Positions 1 to 8,359 of a stretch of DNA of 43,803 nt are shown piece by piece (positions within the stretch are counted from its first letter, which is position 1; the number at the start of each line of letters is the position of its first letter). Source of the DNA: a virus (Duplodnaviria; Caudoviricetes); IMG/VR virus record IMGVR_UViG_3300048598_000512, positions 1 through 43,803 of that record. One strand, given 5' to 3'. The notes beneath the pieces are model-generated. The model was not told the DNA's origin, ran no database searches, and worked only from the letters and a program-made list of their open reading frames with translations. A program made the position numbers and the translations under genes.

Positions 1-492
1 CTACCCTCTCGCTTCCATCATCTTCATCAGCGGCAGGCCAGCCCAGGGGGCGGCATCTTTCTGCGCGGCCTTCGGCAGGGGCACCTCCAGGAACTCCCGC
101 ACCACGGCCACGAGCGCCTTGCCCTGGAGGTCCGGCTTGCGGTTGCCTCTGGTCCCAAACCAGATGCTCGGGCCGCTTGCCATGGCCGTGTGTCCGGGCC
201 CCCAGCTTGATCCGCTCCATTCTCCGAACTCCTTGGCGATGGCCTCGCGCAGGTCCGCGTCTGTCAGCCCGGTGGCGATCCGCGCCGCCCAGCGCTTTGG
301 TGCATCCTGGTAGCCGTGCAGAGCCCGGTGCAGGGCCTTGGGGCAGACCTCACCCTGCTGGAAGCGGTCTCTGGACTGCCCGGAGTCCTTGGCGGCTTTG
401 ATCTCCGCGAAGGTGTAGTGCCGCCACGTGCACGCCTCGCGGTCCGGGCAGTCGCAGCTCACGCAGAGCATCTTGCGGACCGGTGCGGTCAT
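1..492 (-). CDS. Hypothetical phage protein with Cys-rich N-terminus
   Basis: 163 aa ORF whose start overlaps the stop of the upstream gene (ATGA), in the leftward operon. Confidence 0.75.
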   Translation of the reverse strand: MTAPVRKMLCVSCDCPDREACTWRHYTFAEIKAAKDSGQSRDRFQQGEVCPKALHRALHGYQDAPKRWAARIATGLTDADLREAIAKEFGEWSGSSWGPGHTAMASGPSIWFGTRGNRKPDLQGKALVAVVREFLEVPLPKAAQKDAAPWAGLPLMKMMEARG

Positions 493-1310
493 GCGCGGTT
501 TTCCTTCAGCTCGTTGCTTCCCTCACCGCCGATCCTGTTCAGCTGCTGAAGCAGATCCAAGCGCCTGAATATGAGGTGAATCGTCCCCGCCGAATCGAAC
601 CATGCCAGCTTGAAATACTCCGTCTCCATTCCCTTCTGCCCAGCGCGGCGCGCCTGCTCCATCTGTAGGCCCAGATTGTTGTCGGCCTTCGGAAGCCCCT
701 TGCCGTCGAGCACATGGAACACCTTGTTCAACTCGTTGAAGCGCTGCTTTACGTCCAGGTCCATGTAGCTGGAACTCCAGGAATACCCCCACGACAGAAT
801 GACCTTGCGTTGCACGCCGGAGCAGTCGGCATTCGTCTTGTGCCGGTTCGCCCAGCTGGTTCCCGGCCGGAACAACTCCCACACCGCGCGCGCCGCGCCC
901 TTGAAAATTTCGTCGCTGTTCTCGGCCAGCCCCTGAAGCGTGGCGACCACGTTGGCCAGGTCAAAGGGCGGCGTCTTGTGCTCCTCGAACATCTTGTGCA
1001 TGCGCTCGCGGTCCGCCGGGCTCATCATGGCCCCCACGCCTGTCTGCGCCAGGGTGTACTTCCAGAACCCCTCCTGGATGGCCAGTTGAGCCTTTGCCGC
1101 TGCGTCTTCCGGCTTTCCGTAGGTGATCCAGCTATCCACGCGGCGGAATCCGTAGGCATCAGGCAGCACCGATGCATAACCTCCGCACGCGACCTTCATC
1201 AGGGCTTGCGCCGCGAAGAGCAGGGTAATGCCCTGCTGGGCCTGGGCCTGGATAGCGTCGTGCTGTTCGACCAGCGTGGCGATGGTCTGCCGGGGCATCA
1301 GCTCGTTCAC
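489..1310 (-). CDS. DUF4942-like protein
   Basis: 273 aa; motifs PPFDLANVVATL, ELNKVFHVLDGK, ETEYFKLAWFD..GTIHLIFRRLDL recalled as typical of DUF4942; coupled to the methyltransferase gene. Confidence 0.7.
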   Translation of the reverse strand: MNELMPRQTIATLVEQHDAIQAQAQQGITLLFAAQALMKVACGGYASVLPDAYGFRRVDSWITYGKPEDAAAKAQLAIQEGFWKYTLAQTGVGAMMSPADRERMHKMFEEHKTPPFDLANVVATLQGLAENSDEIFKGAARAVWELFRPGTSWANRHKTNADCSGVQRKVILSWGYSWSSSYMDLDVKQRFNELNKVFHVLDGKGLPKADNNLGLQMEQARRAGQKGMETEYFKLAWFDSAGTIHLIFRRLDLLQQLNRIGGEGSNELKENRA

Positions 1311-3334
1311 AGCGCCCCCTCGGCGGCCATGAGCCCGGCCACGATGGGCTGCACCCAGATCGGCGTGTTGCCCATGGCGAAGGTCTCGCCGCTCCAGGTG
1401 AGCAACAAGACCTGGCCCATGGCCCCGGCGATGGCCCGGGCGGCCGGGGGCGGCACGGCGTTTCCGATGCGCTCCCGCCAGTGCATGTCCGACAGGCCAT
1501 CCAACTCCAACTGCTCCTCCACATCCACCAGCCCCTGCAGGGCGGCCAGCTCGAACGTGGTGAAGGGCCGGTGCCAGGTGCCGTCCAGGGCCTGGATCAC
1601 GGCCACGAGGTTCTGCCGTGGCTCGGGCATGCGGGGATCAGCCACCGACCATCGGCCGTTGTCGGCCCCGGCAGAAGCGGCCACGGCCCCGCATGCGGAA
1701 TCCCAAGGCACCACGCCGAAGTGGCCGCCGCCGTTGTAGTGCTCGCGCTCCTGGCCGCCCCACATGCGCGGGTCGGCGACGGCGAACGCGCCCTGGCCAG
1801 TGGTGCTTCCGGAAATCACGGTGCCCGCGGGCTCGGTGAAGTCCGTCACCCCGTACTTGCCGAAGCAGTTGCTGGGCATCCTGGGGTCGGCCACGGCCAG
1901 GCCCCCGGCGCTCGGGCCACCACCGCCGGTCACGGCCGGGGAGGTCTCACCGAAGCGCACCACGCGGAAGATGTTGTTGTGCCTCACGCCGTCAAAGCGC
2001 GGGTCAGCGACCGCGTAGGGACCGCCCCCGGGCGCGCTCTGGCCGCTCACGGCCCCCATGCTCTGGTCCCAGCCGCGCACGCCATACTGACCGTACTCGT
2101 GGCCCACGAAGCGGGGATCGGCGACCGCAAAGGCTCCGTTCGTCGGGAAGCTCTCCCCGGCCACGGTGCCCGTGGGGCTTTCCCAGGACCGGACCCCGAA
2201 GGCCCCGGTGCGCAAGTCCAGGCCACGAGGATCTGCCACGGAGAACTGCCCATTGGTCGGGCCTGTCCGGCCCCGGATGGCCCCAGCATTGTCGGCCCAG
2301 GGGATGAGCCCGAGGAAACCATTCTGGCAGTGGCCACGCTCAATGCGCGGGTCGGCCACGCTGAACCGGCCGCACGTGGGTCCGGCGTTCCCGGTGACGA
2401 CTCCGGACGGGTCGGTCCAAGGCAGCACGCCCAGGGCCCCGTCCTGCCAGCTGCCAGCGGGCACGATGCCGAAGTCGGCCAGCTGGCCGTCCTCGACCCG
2501 CAGACGGTTCAGGCTGCGCCAGTCGCTCCCGGCCTCCACGAAGGCCAGGCGCAGCCACGTGCGCCACTGCAAGGCGGGCATGCGGTGCATCGGGCCTGCG
2601 GCCGGGTGGCCGGGCATGGGCATGGGGCCCAGCACGTCGCCCACGGCGCGCAGGGGGCGCTTGCGGGGCTCGTAGAGGTAGGGCGGCACCTTGGCCTGGT
2701 GCCGGGCCACCAGAAGGAAGCGCTTGCGGCTCTGGGCCAAGCCGCCAAGCTCTCCGCAGTCGTGCGTGGTCTCGGCCACGGCGTAGCCGTAGGAGCGCAG
2801 GAGCGCGCCGATCTGGTCCAGCAGGTGCCGGCCGCGCGTGGCGATCCTGGGCACGTTCTCGAACACGATCAGCTCGGGCGGCCCGTCGTCGTGGTCGGCC
2901 CAGGCCTCCAGCATGAGCCAGACGCCGCGCAAGGTCAGCCGGTTGAGCGCCTGGTACTTGCCGGTCTTGCTCCGGGTCTCGGACAGCAGGCCCGAGAAGC
3001 CCTTGCAGGGCGCGGACAGGAACACGATGTGCGGGCGCTCGCCGCCAGCTGCGCGGCGGATTGCATCCGGCCCGGCCTCGCGCCAATCGGCCGGAGGCTC
3101 ATGGCCGTGGAAGGCCAGGTACTGCTCGCGGTCGAACATATCCAGGCAGGTGCCCGGCACCCCGGCCATGCGGCCGAAGTCGGCGATGGCGGCCCGGTCC
3201 ACGTCCACGCCGCCGATGCAGCGGAAACGGGCCTGCAGGTTGCCTACGCGGGCTTCGCCCTGGTTGAACCCCTTAGCGCCGCCGCCCAGGCCGCAGAACA
3301 GGTGGAAGTGCTTGATCTCGGCGAAGGAGGTCAT
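1307..3334 (-). CDS. C5 DNA cytosine methyltransferase with repeat-expanded variable region
   Basis: Motif I LFCGLGG, IV SAPCKGFS, VI FENV, VIII QSRKRF, IX RPFTTFELAALQG, X IGNAVPP; start moved to ATG at 3334 (MTSFAEIK), which overlaps the upstream stop. Confidence 0.93.
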   Translation of the reverse strand: MTSFAEIKHFHLFCGLGGGAKGFNQGEARVGNLQARFRCIGGVDVDRAAIADFGRMAGVPGTCLDMFDREQYLAFHGHEPPADWREAGPDAIRRAAGGERPHIVFLSAPCKGFSGLLSETRSKTGKYQALNRLTLRGVWLMLEAWADHDDGPPELIVFENVPRIATRGRHLLDQIGALLRSYGYAVAETTHDCGELGGLAQSRKRFLLVARHQAKVPPYLYEPRKRPLRAVGDVLGPMPMPGHPAAGPMHRMPALQWRTWLRLAFVEAGSDWRSLNRLRVEDGQLADFGIVPAGSWQDGALGVLPWTDPSGVVTGNAGPTCGRFSVADPRIERGHCQNGFLGLIPWADNAGAIRGRTGPTNGQFSVADPRGLDLRTGAFGVRSWESPTGTVAGESFPTNGAFAVADPRFVGHEYGQYGVRGWDQSMGAVSGQSAPGGGPYAVADPRFDGVRHNNIFRVVRFGETSPAVTGGGGPSAGGLAVADPRMPSNCFGKYGVTDFTEPAGTVISGSTTGQGAFAVADPRMWGGQEREHYNGGGHFGVVPWDSACGAVAASAGADNGRWSVADPRMPEPRQNLVAVIQALDGTWHRPFTTFELAALQGLVDVEEQLELDGLSDMHWRERIGNAVPPPAARAIAGAMGQVLLLTWSGETFAMGNTPIWVQPIVAGLMAAEGAL
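1631..2440 (-). repeat. Seven tandem ~35-45 aa protein repeats ending in VADPR inside the methyltransferase
   Basis: Approximate pattern GxxGVxxWxxxxGxV...G.FxVADPR occurs seven times in the translation. Confidence 0.9.
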
Positions 3335-3939
3335 GCGGGCACACCCGCCATTTCCAGCACCTGCGCTGCGACATCGGCAAGGCCACCCAGCCGCGGTGTC
3401 GCACGGAGGTCCCATGCGGCCCATCTGTCCAGGGTCGTCTCTGACTCGTGGTCAGCGTGCGGGCCCGGCTCCCAGCCCTGGTACGGGTCCAGGCGCACGA
3501 GCTGGCCACCGAGCTCGTTGATCAGCAGCGCCTCGTTGGCGAAGCGCACGTCGTCGATGACGACCAAGAGCGAGGCCCCGTCGTGCTTCTTTTCGTAGTT
3601 GCTGAGTTGTTCACGCATGGCTTTGACCCAGTAATCGGGGTCTGCCGCGCGCCGGTATTCCGTTCCGTACCACTGCAGCGCCTGGCGGACGGTGAAGGGC
3701 AGCGTGGCCACGCGCATCCCGTTGGTCGCAGCGCAGACAGGGATGTCCACTGTCTTCTGCTTCCCTTCCTGGCTGCTGCACCATTCGACGGGGAAGCCGA
3801 AGAAGGCAGCGCACTCGCGTTTCAGCAGGTCGCCGAAGGCCATGCGCGCGGCGACCTCAACGGGAGCGTCTTCGATGATCATTCTGGCCAGCGTGGTCTT
3901 GCCGCAGCCGATCTTGCCGGAGATACCGAGGAGGATCAT
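3331..3939 (-). CDS. Phage deoxynucleoside monophosphate kinase
   Basis: P-loop GISGKIGCGKTT, AFGDLLK, RQALQWYGTE..R..DPDYWV, VIDDVRFANE, HESE. Confidence 0.88.
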   Translation of the reverse strand: MILLGISGKIGCGKTTLARMIIEDAPVEVAARMAFGDLLKRECAAFFGFPVEWCSSQEGKQKTVDIPVCAATNGMRVATLPFTVRQALQWYGTEYRRAADPDYWVKAMREQLSNYEKKHDGASLLVVIDDVRFANEALLINELGGQLVRLDPYQGWEPGPHADHESETTLDRWAAWDLRATPRLGGLADVAAQVLEMAGVPA

Positions 3940-5258
3940 GCGCCCACCACCTTGACGTCTTCCGTCTCGACGAACTCACCGGCCACGGTGAGGAGATAGT
4001 TCTGGTGAGGCTTGATGCCCTCGGGTCCTCCGACCTTGGCGGACTTGACGCACACGAGGTTGCCTTCATCGTCGTAGGCGGCGAGCACGATCCAGCCCTC
4101 GGGCCCAGCCTTCGCCGTCCCGCGGTATCCGAGCGCCGCCGCGATCGCGTTTTTTCCAGCCGTGGCGCAGTGGGCATCATCCCCGGTGCTGGCGCAGTGG
4201 GCATCATCCCCGGTGCTGGCGCAGTGGGCCCGAGGCCCGGTGCTGGCGCAGTGGGCCCGAGGCCCGGTGCTGGCGCAGTGGGCCCCCCAACCGGTGCTGG
4301 CGCAGTGGGCCCCCCAACCGGTGCTGGCGCAGTGGGCCCCCCAACCGGTGCTGGCGCAGTGGGCCCGAGGCCCGGTGCTGGCGCAGTGGGCATCATCCCC
4401 GGTGCTGGCGCAGTGGGCCCGAGGCCCGGTGCTGGCGCAGTGGGCATCATCCCCGGTGCTGGCGCAGTGCCGTTCGAGGGCGCGCTTCCAAACATAATCG
4501 AAAGCGGCCTTGACCAGGCCGGGCAGGCCGATCTCCACGCCGATGTGGATCTCCGTCGTCACGCGCTTGCTGTCGCCTTCCTTTTCCGGGCTGACACAGG
4601 GCGTCGAGACCTCACAAAAGCGACCGCCGACGGGAGAGTAGTAGGTGAGCGCGTCGAGCGGGAACTCCACGAAGTGAAGTCCCTTGTGGCACAGGCGCGC
4701 TTCGGGCTCCGTGTAGATCTTCCCGACCTCGAACTGCATGTCGCGGCAGCGCAGCTGCTTGTCGAAGCCCTTGTATCCGCGCGTGATCGTCGGCTCGGGC
4801 TGCGCCTTCTTGGCCGGGGCCTTCTTCTTCGCCGTGGTCGTCTTTGTGGTCGCCATGTCGTTCCCCTGGGCATCCATGCGCTGTGCCATGTCGAACATGC
4901 AGGTCTGCAAGCCCTCGTAGAGATCCTGGACCAGGCGGCCCTTGCCGATGCTCAAGAGCAGGGCCATGGCCTTCTCGCTCGCATGGCAGTCCTGGGGCAT
5001 GCGCAGCAGCTTCAGCTCCTCAATGGCCTCGCTGAGCGACATCTGGTTCGACTCCAGCTCCTCGCGCAGCTCCTGCTCACGCTCGTACAGCCAGGCGTCG
5101 GCATCGCGCATGGCGTAGAAGTCGATCTGGTCCGGGAACGGCAAGCGCCCCTGCGTGTAGGCGCGGAAAATCGGGTGCAGGGGCTGGCCCTGCTCAGCGA
5201 CGGCGATGGTGGTCTGCTGCGCGACGCCCGCGCTGCGCTTCTTCTTGCTGGCCTTCAT
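3936..5258 (-). CDS. Phage protein with YKGFD..L.CR (DUF7666-like) domain and 9-aa repeats; internal in-frame start at 4856
   Basis: GYKGFDKQLRCRDMQFEVG..LCHKGLHF..PLDALTYY; C-terminal VKSAKVGGPEGIKPHQNYLL; SD AGGAGG before 5258 and AGGGGAA before ATG 4856. Confidence 0.8.
   Translation of the reverse strand: MKASKKKRSAGVAQQTTIAVAEQGQPLHPIFRAYTQGRLPFPDQIDFYAMRDADAWLYEREQELREELESNQMSLSEAIEELKLLRMPQDCHASEKAMALLLSIGKGRLVQDLYEGLQTCMFDMAQRMDAQGNDMATTKTTTAKKKAPAKKAQPEPTITRGYKGFDKQLRCRDMQFEVGKIYTEPEARLCHKGLHFVEFPLDALTYYSPVGGRFCEVSTPCVSPEKEGDSKRVTTEIHIGVEIGLPGLVKAAFDYVWKRALERHCASTGDDAHCASTGPRAHCASTGDDAHCASTGPRAHCASTGWGAHCASTGWGAHCASTGWGAHCASTGPRAHCASTGPRAHCASTGDDAHCASTGDDAHCATAGKNAIAAALGYRGTAKAGPEGWIVLAAYDDEGNLVCVKSAKVGGPEGIKPHQNYLLTVAGEFVETEDVKVVGA
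4164..4469 (-). repeat. 11 x 27-bp coding tandem repeat (HCASTG-xx-A)
   Basis: 11 full units plus 9 bp; variable dipeptide order DD,PR,DD,PR,WG,WG,WG,PR,PR,DD,DD. Confidence 0.97.
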
Positions 5259-5291
5259 GTGGTTCCTCCTCCCTGGTCGGTTGTGGTTGTG

Positions 5292-5480
5292 CTACAGCCT
5301 GGCGCTGTTGCTTGCGGTCTTGGTTCCCGGGATGTTGGCACATGCCAAACAGTCCGGCAGGCGACGGCCGTGCGGTCCTTTCCCGAAGGCCTCCAGCGGA
5401 AGAAGCTGGTGGCAGCTGCGGCAGCGCTTCTCGGCGCGCGGCCGGTTGCTCTTGCGGGCGGCCGTGCTGGAGGTCTTCAC
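5292..5480 (-). CDS. Small CxxC...CxxC zinc-finger protein (62 aa)
   Basis: GTG start overlaps the upstream TGA, GGAGG SD; CRSC...CLAC. Confidence 0.65.
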   Translation of the reverse strand: MKTSSTAARKSNRPRAEKRCRSCHQLLPLEAFGKGPHGRRLPDCLACANIPGTKTASNSARL

Positions 5481-5830
5481 GCCGCCTCCTCGATTTCCGC
5501 CTGAATGCGGGCCATTGTCGCGTTGGCCTCGGTCATGTCGCGCTGCATCTTCGCGCCGGCATCCTTGGCGCACTGCACCCAGTAGTCGGCAGCTGCATCG
5601 TCCGCGGCATCGTCGGCCTCGATCTCCATGCGCTCGGTCCAGACGGCAGAACTGCCGGGCCACACGATGCTCGTGTGGTAGAAGTCCATGCAGGCCTCTG
5701 CGGCGATCTGCTTCGCCTCGCCCAGTGTGGCGGCGCGTCCGATCAGCTCAAACCTCGTGTCCCCGAGGCCGACAACGGCCAGCGTTTCGTCCTTGATCCC
5801 GTCGATGTTCGTCCATGCGGCAATGAGCAT
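5477..5830 (-). CDS. Hypothetical acidic protein (117 aa)
   Basis: GGGAGG SD before ATG at 5830 (MLIAAWTN); operon continuity. Confidence 0.7.
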   Translation of the reverse strand: MLIAAWTNIDGIKDETLAVVGLGDTRFELIGRAATLGEAKQIAAEACMDFYHTSIVWPGSSAVWTERMEIEADDAADDAAADYWVQCAKDAGAKMQRDMTEANATMARIQAEIEEAA

Positions 5831-5835
5831 TGGTG

Positions 5836-6003
5836 CTACCTCCCGACCAGCGCGTGGCTGACCCATTCGATTGCCCCGACAGCCACCCAGGACGCGAAAA
5901 CCCCCAGGATCACGATGCACAGCAGTTTAGCAATGGCCTTTCGGCGCGCGAGGCGCGGGCTGTCTTCGGGCTGGCCGAGTTCAAGGATGCGTGTCTGCGT
6001 CAT
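5836..6003 (-). CDS. Small single-pass membrane protein (55 aa), first gene of the leftward operon
   Basis: GGAGGG SD; basic RRK stretch then hydrophobic LLCIVILGVFASWVAVGAI. Confidence 0.65.
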   Translation of the reverse strand: MTQTRILELGQPEDSPRLARRKAIAKLLCIVILGVFASWVAVGAIEWVSHALVGR

Positions 6004-6037
6004 GGGTTCCCTCCGTCGTTGCGTTCTGGCCCTGGCC

Positions 6038-6213
6038 GTCGCAGTCATTGATTCGGGCGCTGCATGCGGACCCGTGGGTCTCACTGCCGCCGCGGCGCCC
6101 TAGCCAGCCTTCCCCACTATGTCCGCCTACCGACAGGCTTGGAGACTCGGCACCTTCCGACTACGGGCTTGGCGTTCCCCAAATCCGGCGAAGGCTGGCT
6201 CAATGACTGCGAC
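6038..6213 (-). ncRNA. Candidate structured RNA in the PL leader
   Basis: Nested inverted repeats 6038-6051/6200-6213, 6102-6112/6190-6200, 6055-6063/6092-6100, 6069-6073/6076-6080. Confidence 0.5.
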
Positions 6214-6352
6214 TCAAAAACTCTGCGCCCGTCGGCCCCCGTCCCGTGGAGTTCCCTTCTTGATACCGTCCCCGCTGCCTGGGCTTTGCCCCGCTTAGTC
6301 AGGTCCGCTCATCCGGGCTTTCTGTTGCCGGGTTCCGTGCTTGCGTGAGTCG

Positions 6353-6409
6353 ATATTTATCGAAATAGATAAACATGGTCAAGAAGTATTTCGCGAAAAG
6401 GATAAACAA
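6353..6409 (-). promoter_or_regulatory. PL-like promoter with two operators (OL1 6353-6376, OL2 6386-6409)
   Basis: Minus-strand -35 TTGACC (6382-6377) followed by the palindrome ATGTTTATC-N6-GATAAATAT; matches the OR block. Confidence 0.8.
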
Positions 6410-6416
6410 CGGGCAC

Positions 6417-6438
6417 AAAAAAAGCCCACCGAAGCGGG
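6417..6438 (-). terminator. Intrinsic terminator (second of a tandem pair)
   Basis: Minus strand CCCGC-TTCG-GTGGG followed by C and T7. Confidence 0.6.
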
Positions 6439-6526
6439 AGGAGGACGGGAACCAAGGGTTCACGGTAGAAAATGCCATCCGGGACCGTATGGCGAGACGG
6501 AGTATTTGCCCGCGCCCTAAGGGCGC

Positions 6527-6549
6527 AAAAAAACCGCCCGAAGGCGGTT
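6527..6549 (-). terminator. Intrinsic terminator ending the cI-cargo transcript
   Basis: Minus strand AACCGCC-TTCG-GGCGG followed by T7. Confidence 0.85.
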
Positions 6550-6586
6550 CAGGGTGTCATGTGGGCATGACCTTTCGGCTTGTAGG

Positions 6587-7108
6587 CTACCAGGGCACAG
6601 CGTGGCCCCGGTGCTTCTTCCACTCCTCCAGGTAGAGCCGGGCCAGCTCGGGCGAATCCAGAATCAGCAGGTTCTCGGCGTTGCTGGCCTCAGCCGCCCC
6701 GGTGAAGTTGAAGCTGCCCGTGGCCACGGCCTGGCCATCCAGCACCATCACCTTGTTGTGGGCGATGGCATGCTTCGCGTCGATGTAGACCGCGGCGCCG
6801 GAGTTGGCCAGGCGCTGCCCCTGGCCGCCCTTGGCTCTGCGCTGCCCACGATCCAGGACCGCTTCCACGTGCACCCCGCGGCGAGCTGCCCGGGCCAGGG
6901 CCTCAGCAATGGGTGCGCTGGTGAAGCTGTAGGCCAGGACGAAGATGGACTCGCGCGCAGCGTCGACCCGGGCCACCAGGGCCTCGGTGGCGCCGCCACG
7001 GGGCGAGAAGTGGATCTCGGCCGGCGTGTCGTGAAGGGTGAGCTCGAAGGCCTGGGCCGGAGTGGCCAGGCAGAAGGCGAGGATGATGGAGAGAACCGGG
7101 CTGCGCAT
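6587..7108 (-). CDS. Exported phospholipase D-family (Nuc-like) endonuclease
   Basis: Single HxKxxxxD motif (HNKVMVLD), TGSFNFT, NAEN, FSPRGG, AYSFTS; signal peptide ending PAQA-F. Confidence 0.92.
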   Translation of the reverse strand: MRSPVLSIILAFCLATPAQAFELTLHDTPAEIHFSPRGGATEALVARVDAARESIFVLAYSFTSAPIAEALARAARRGVHVEAVLDRGQRRAKGGQGQRLANSGAAVYIDAKHAIAHNKVMVLDGQAVATGSFNFTGAAEASNAENLLILDSPELARLYLEEWKKHRGHAVPW

Positions 7109-7113
7109 GGACG

Positions 7114-7563
7114 CTATTGTACGGCCTCAACGGGGAGAAGCCAACTCTCTGTTTCGCCCTTGACCCTAACGACAATCACGCCTGTTGAGTATGGTGCCTC
7201 TACATAGACGTCTTGTCCCTCGGCAAGAGCTACGCATTGCCCGGAAGAGACGCATTGCATAATCTGCTTTTTCCAGGCGACGTTGTCACCAGAAGCCGCA
7301 AGGGCAACGCTTCTCGTCAGCAAATCAATGTGACTGTAGCCGATCCAATTACCATGCTTGATTTTGTTGACCCCATGTGGTGCGGGTTCACTTTTACTTT
7401 CAGCCGCCACTATCGGTTGCGCGGGCATCTTATCTTTCGGTGCAGATTCGCTCGACGGACGTGAATAAGCGACTAGAGCAATCACGGCTGCCAAGAACAG
7501 CAAGGAAGCTGCCGCCACAATGCGGGCAATACCGAATTTCTTCTTTCCGCTTTCCATCCCCAT
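7114..7563 (-). CDS. Single-pass membrane hypothetical protein, lower GC
   Basis: KKK then hydrophobic IVAAASLLFLAAVIALVAY; Cys pair CVSSGQC; co-oriented directly after cI. Confidence 0.75.
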   Translation of the reverse strand: MGMESGKKKFGIARIVAAASLLFLAAVIALVAYSRPSSESAPKDKMPAQPIVAAESKSEPAPHGVNKIKHGNWIGYSHIDLLTRSVALAASGDNVAWKKQIMQCVSSGQCVALAEGQDVYVEAPYSTGVIVVRVKGETESWLLPVEAVQ

Positions 7564-7566
7564 CCC

Positions 7567-8358
7567 CTATTTGCCCCGCACGTCTGACCAAGCCCAGATC
7601 ACTGTGCCGCCGATAGCCCGGTTGAGCTCGTTGTCATAGTCGGCGCGCAGCATGTGGTTGACCGGCGGGTTGTCGCGTGAGTTCTCCGAGTAGAACGTCA
7701 GCTCGTAGTCTCCGTTCTTCTTCTTCATGCTCACCCGCTTGATCATGCAACCGCCCTCCATGCCCGGCTCGCACGCCAACATGATCTTGCCCGAGGGGTT
7801 CGGGTCCCTGTCGCCCTTATCGACCAACAGTATGTCCCCGGGGTTGAACAGCGGCGTCATCGAGGTCTCGTTCTTCCCGATCTCTACAGCCACCAGGTCG
7901 GTCTTGAAGCGCACGGACTCGTGGTGCCGCCAGACCAGCACCCATCCTCTTATATCATCGCTGGGGATTCGGCCCGGCCCGGCAGCTACAGCCTCAGCGG
8001 CCAGGGGCACAGCCAGGTAGTCTTCCGACTCCGGCGCCTTCGCACCGTCCATGGCCGAGACAATGCGCGGGTTGACGAAGCAGACCTCGCGGGCGTGCTC
8101 CTGCTGGTCCGGCTCCGATCCCGGGAAGATGATCTTCGCCCCCATGGCCTCGAGCCACGGCAGGAAAGAGTCGATGCGTGGCATCGTGCCCTTGTTGAGC
8201 ATCTTGTAGAACTTCGACGCCTCGCTCTTGCTCAGGCCAAGCGCTGCGGCCGCCTGGTGCGGGTTCTCATACCGGCCGCCCTTGCACTCTTTCTTGAGCC
8301 ATTCAAGCGTTTTTTGGAGCATTTCCATCATCCCCCCTTGGCACATCTTGTTCAGCAT
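7567..8358 (-). CDS. CI-like repressor (HTH plus S24 peptidase); start could be 8331, 8328 or 8322
   Basis: HTH-like PHQAAAALGLSKS; cleavage site VAAG; catalytic SM.P..PGDILLVD and IKRV; divergent from a cro-like gene. Confidence 0.88.
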   Translation of the reverse strand: MLNKMCQGGMMEMLQKTLEWLKKECKGGRYENPHQAAAALGLSKSEASKFYKMLNKGTMPRIDSFLPWLEAMGAKIIFPGSEPDQQEHAREVCFVNPRIVSAMDGAKAPESEDYLAVPLAAEAVAAGPGRIPSDDIRGWVLVWRHHESVRFKTDLVAVEIGKNETSMTPLFNPGDILLVDKGDRDPNPSGKIMLACEPGMEGGCMIKRVSMKKKNGDYELTFYSENSRDNPPVNHMLRADYDNELNRAIGGTVIWAWSDVRGK

Positions 8359-8359
8359 G

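Noticed and set aside
1-1310. Integrase or excisionase at the left edge
   Set aside because: No tyrosine or serine recombinase motifs; the prophage continues beyond the window.
1481-3598. 705-aa plus-strand ORF and other long antisense ORFs (e.g. 10668-13178, 13548-15758, 26116-28536, 30054-32327)
   Set aside because: They mirror motif-bearing genes on the opposite strand, which is expected in high-GC DNA, and carry no recognisable motifs.
4164-4469. 27-bp repeat array as a CRISPR or mini-CRISPR array
   Set aside because: The variable part is only about 6 nt with three recurring states, the period is a multiple of 3 inside a coding gene, and there is no cas operon.
6265-6345. Faint resemblance of the minus strand to a c-di-GMP-I riboswitch (GCAAAG, GGCAGCGGGG)
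   Set aside because: The order and pairing of conserved elements could not be reconstructed; a covariance-model search would be needed.
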